A stretch of 63,847 nt of DNA, the filler included, from Octopus bimaculoides (Eukaryota): the NCBI RefSeq assembly GCF_001194135.2. It is 5 parts of 4 records of this genome, joined end to end, with 100 filler letters (N's around TTAATTAATTAA, not from the genome) between each part and the next. Parts side by side here need not be neighbours in the genome. Positions count along the whole stretch, not along the records: positions 60,036 to 63,847 come from NC_068982.1; 4 more parts are not named here. One strand, 5' to 3'. This document shows, one piece after another, positions 60,796 to 63,847 of the stretch. A program made the position numbers and the translations under genes. The notes beneath the pieces were generated by a model, which did not search any database, was not told where the DNA came from, and saw only the letters and a list, made by a program, of their open reading frames with translations. Numbering within the stretch: the first letter of the stretch is position 1; the number at the start of each line of letters is the position of its first letter.

Positions 60796-62730
60796 CGTAC
60801 GTACGTACATACATACATATATACGTACATGCATACATACATACATACATACATACATACATACGTATGTATGTATATCTGTATTGCGTATGTATGTATA
60901 TATGTATGTATATATATGTGTATATGTATGCGTATATGTACGTATATATGTATGAATGTGTATACGTATGTATGTACATATGTATGTATTGTATGCATGT
61001 ATGTATGTTTATCATTACGCGTAGGTTGTAGGGAAATGTTTATATTGAAAATTTTCCACATGTTATTCAGATAGTACAATGTCTATCACCTTCTCCTCAA
61101 TCACATACTGAATGTCTGTCTGTGTGCGACATCTTATCTGTCATTTCCTTCAAATATTTCGTATTTCTTTAAGTGTCGCCTCGATAGTCACTTACAAAAT
61201 TAGCAAAGTAAATATTCCAAAGCCTGTAATGTTTAGAAAGTAGAGATTACAAGCAGTGGCATAGCTACAGTGTGCTACTACCCGGCACAACCCTTGAGTT
61301 TGCACCCCCACGCGGGTCTCCAGTTCTATACAGGTTTGTACAACTAACCTAAAAGTCCACTTCGATAAAAGTGTTTCCCAGAGCAGCCTGCCCCGGCCAC
61401 TAGCTATGCAACCGATACAAGAGAGAAAAAATTAACAGTCCCGCTTCAATATTGATGCTTCCACATAATCTATGAACTGACATCGAGAAAGAGATGAGCA
61501 ACGATGTACACGGCTCATTGTCTGGGCCTTCCTACAAACAAATATCAAGAAGAAAGAAACTGGTAGATAATATAACAAGCATCTCCCGTTTCTAATGCTC
61601 TCTAGCATTTGATGATCAAACATCAAAATCTGCTGAACAAAAAAGAAACAAGCAATCAAAGCTCCAAGCATTGTGAACAAAAGCCACTAACTCAAAGGCA
61701 AGCACCATTTACTGTAGCCAACATGCTAAGTCCTGCATTCAAAGCCAGAAGAGAGCATGGAGTATCATTTTAGTGCAGTGGTGATTGCTGTTATGTCAGC
61801 TGTATGTTACGCTGTGGTTTAAAGAAGTGGAAAACTGAAACACCATAGTCCCTACAAGATGATCAAAGATGACGCAGATTTTAGGTATCTTTTGGAGAAA
61901 GTATCATACATAGCAGAAGTGGTCGTCGTGCCAAGTCAAGGCGCAAGGACAGGTATGCATATTGCATTACTTGTTAAGGTTATCTCTTGAGATATTCTAT
62001 AGCCAGCACTGATTTTAGTTACGACATTTCATATCTGAGACGTCAGATGTAAACAAGGAATGAGATCGAAGATGCCTCATTCTTGGTGTTTTGGCGGTGT
62101 TTTGCAAAATAATGAGATCGAAGATGAAAAAGGGGTAATGGGCGTGTATGCCATATTTCGGGCGGTTTTGCGGGGTTTTGCAAAACCCCACGAAATATGG
62201 CATATACACGACCCCTCAATGAAACTCCAGAGAAGTTCTGTCTCGTCATTTTCACTTATAAGGCTTGAACCTTCCCAAAGCCATGATAGAAATAGTTGTC
62301 CAAGATACTACGCAATTCATACGAATCTGGAACTCCTAAACACNNNNNNNNNNNNNNNNNNNNNNNNNNNNNNNNNNNNNNNNNNNNNNNNNNNNNNNNN
62401 NNNNNNNNNNNNNNNNNNNNNNNNNNNNNNNNNNNNNNNNNNNNNNNNNNNNNNNNNNNNNNNNNNNNNNNNNNNNNNNNNNNNNNNNNNNNNNNNNNNN
62501 NNNNNNNNNNNNNNNNNNNNNNNNNNNNNNNNNNNNNNNNNNNNNNNNNNNNNNNNNNNNNNNGTCTCTCTCTCTCTGTCTCTCTCTGTCTCTCTCTGTC
62601 TCTCTCTCTCTCTCTCTCCTTCTATTTCTCTCTCTCTCTCCTTCTATTTCTCTCTCTCTCTTTCTATACACACAGGCGCGCGCACACTCACACACGAACG
62701 CACGCACGCACAAAACACACATAGATAGAT

Positions 62731-62792
<62 letters not shown>

Positions 62793-62799
62793 TTTTATC

Positions 62800-63008
62800 T
62801 AATTTTGGCACAAGTCCTGCATTTTTTAGGGAAAGGGAGAATTGACTACACTGATCCCAATACTTGATTAGGACTTTATTTTATCAACACTAAAAGAACA
62901 AAAGGCAAAGTTGAGTTCGGCCATATTTCAACTCTGAACGCTAAGAGCCGGTAGATATGCCACAAACCATATTGTGCGACGCGTTAATGGCTCTGCCAGC
63001 TCGCTGAC
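62800..63008 (-). mobile_element. SINE family A, old full-length copy
   Basis: TTTTGGCACAAG..AAAAGGCAAAGTTGAGTTCGGC..CTCTGCCAGCTCGC. Confidence 0.8.
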
Positions 63009-63264
63009 TTATATGTACAATTAATAGCTGATAATTGTTCATTTCAGTTAATTGTATAACACTAAATTTCAAAGCAGAACGTTTAACCATTGCTTCATAA
63101 CACTTAGTAAATATTGCTTATCTTTTCCGATTTTCAGTACAAAAGAAAAAAAAAACAGAATGGAGGAATGTTGCAAGAAACAAATTTAAAATATAATGTA
63201 ATACAAATAGATGTATATGTGCGTGTATGAATATACGTGGATATAAATACATATCTTTTATATT

Positions 63265-63450
63265 TTACTTATTTCAGTCATTGGACTGCAGCCATGGTGA
63301 GGTACTGTCTTGAAGAACTTAATTAAATTAACCCCAGTATTTATGTTTAAGTCTGATATTTATTCTATCGGTCTCTTTTGCGGGACCACGGGGCAACTGA
63401 AACGTAAACAATCCAACACCGGTGTGAAGCATCGATGGGGGACAAAGACA
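63265..63450 (-). mobile_element. CORE-like SINE family B, 3' half
   Basis: TTTCAGTCATTGGACTGCAGCCATG..TATTCTATCGGTCTCTTTTG..GGGGACAAAGACAC, followed by CA/ATAC repeats. Confidence 0.85.
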
Positions 63451-63604
63451 CACACATTCACACACACATTCACATACATACACACATACATACATATGTA
63501 CGTACTACGTACATACATACGTACTACGTACATACATATGTACGCACATACATACAAACATACATACATACATACATACAAACATACATACATACATACA
63601 TACA

Positions 63605-63847
63605 TTGTTGTTGGCACTCCGTCGCTTACGACGTCGAGGGTTCCAGTTGATCCGATCAACGGAACAGCCTGCTCGTGAAATTAACGTGCAAGTGGCTGAG
63701 CACTCCACAGACACGTGTACCCTTAACGTAGTTTTCGGGGATATTCAGCGTGACACAGTGTGACAAGGCTGACCTTTTGAATTACAGGCACAACAGAAAC
63801 AGGAAGTAAGAGTGAGAGAAAGTTGTGGTGGAAGAGTACAGCAGGGT
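63605..63847 (-). mobile_element. SINE family E, 3' portion (runs off the window)
   Basis: Ends in a CAA tail. 63795-63847 matches the central region of the family C SINE at 7537-7595. Confidence 0.75.

Noticed and set aside
61080-61320. FKCRLDSHL motif (CR1-like 3' end) followed by CAGTGGCATAGCTA
   Set aside because: Too short and decayed to call confidently.

Overview
AT-rich, microsatellite-dense, gap-ridden animal genomic DNA. I found no host protein-coding gene, rRNA, true tRNA or CRISPR array, so this is probably intergenic or a very large intron. The repeat families look like those of a cephalopod/Octopus draft assembly; that assignment comes from my recollection of the SINE and LINE families and was not database-checked. 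The window is a transposon graveyard. It holds many tRNA-derived SINEs from at least four families (one CORE-like with an internal microsatellite), decayed LINEs (RLE/R4-Dong-like, RTE, CR1, Tx1), mariner/maT remnants, and pogo- and piggyBac-like MITEs. Highlights: (1) a minimal type-I hammerhead ribozyme motif at 13182-13229 in a Penelope pLTR/retrozyme-like segment, plus a second degenerate hammerhead at 10001-10086; (2) a same-strand pile-up of about six RLE-LINE fragments from several subfamilies in (TAA)n arrays at 3.5-6.7 kb, echoed at 59.4-59.9 kb; (3) SINE dimers bracketed by single target-site duplications; (4) a ~3 kb degenerate ~11-bp satellite that flips orientation around a core. 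The TTAATTAATTAA islands inside 100-bp gaps are assembly linkers. Boundaries of decayed elements are approximate, and translations were done by hand.
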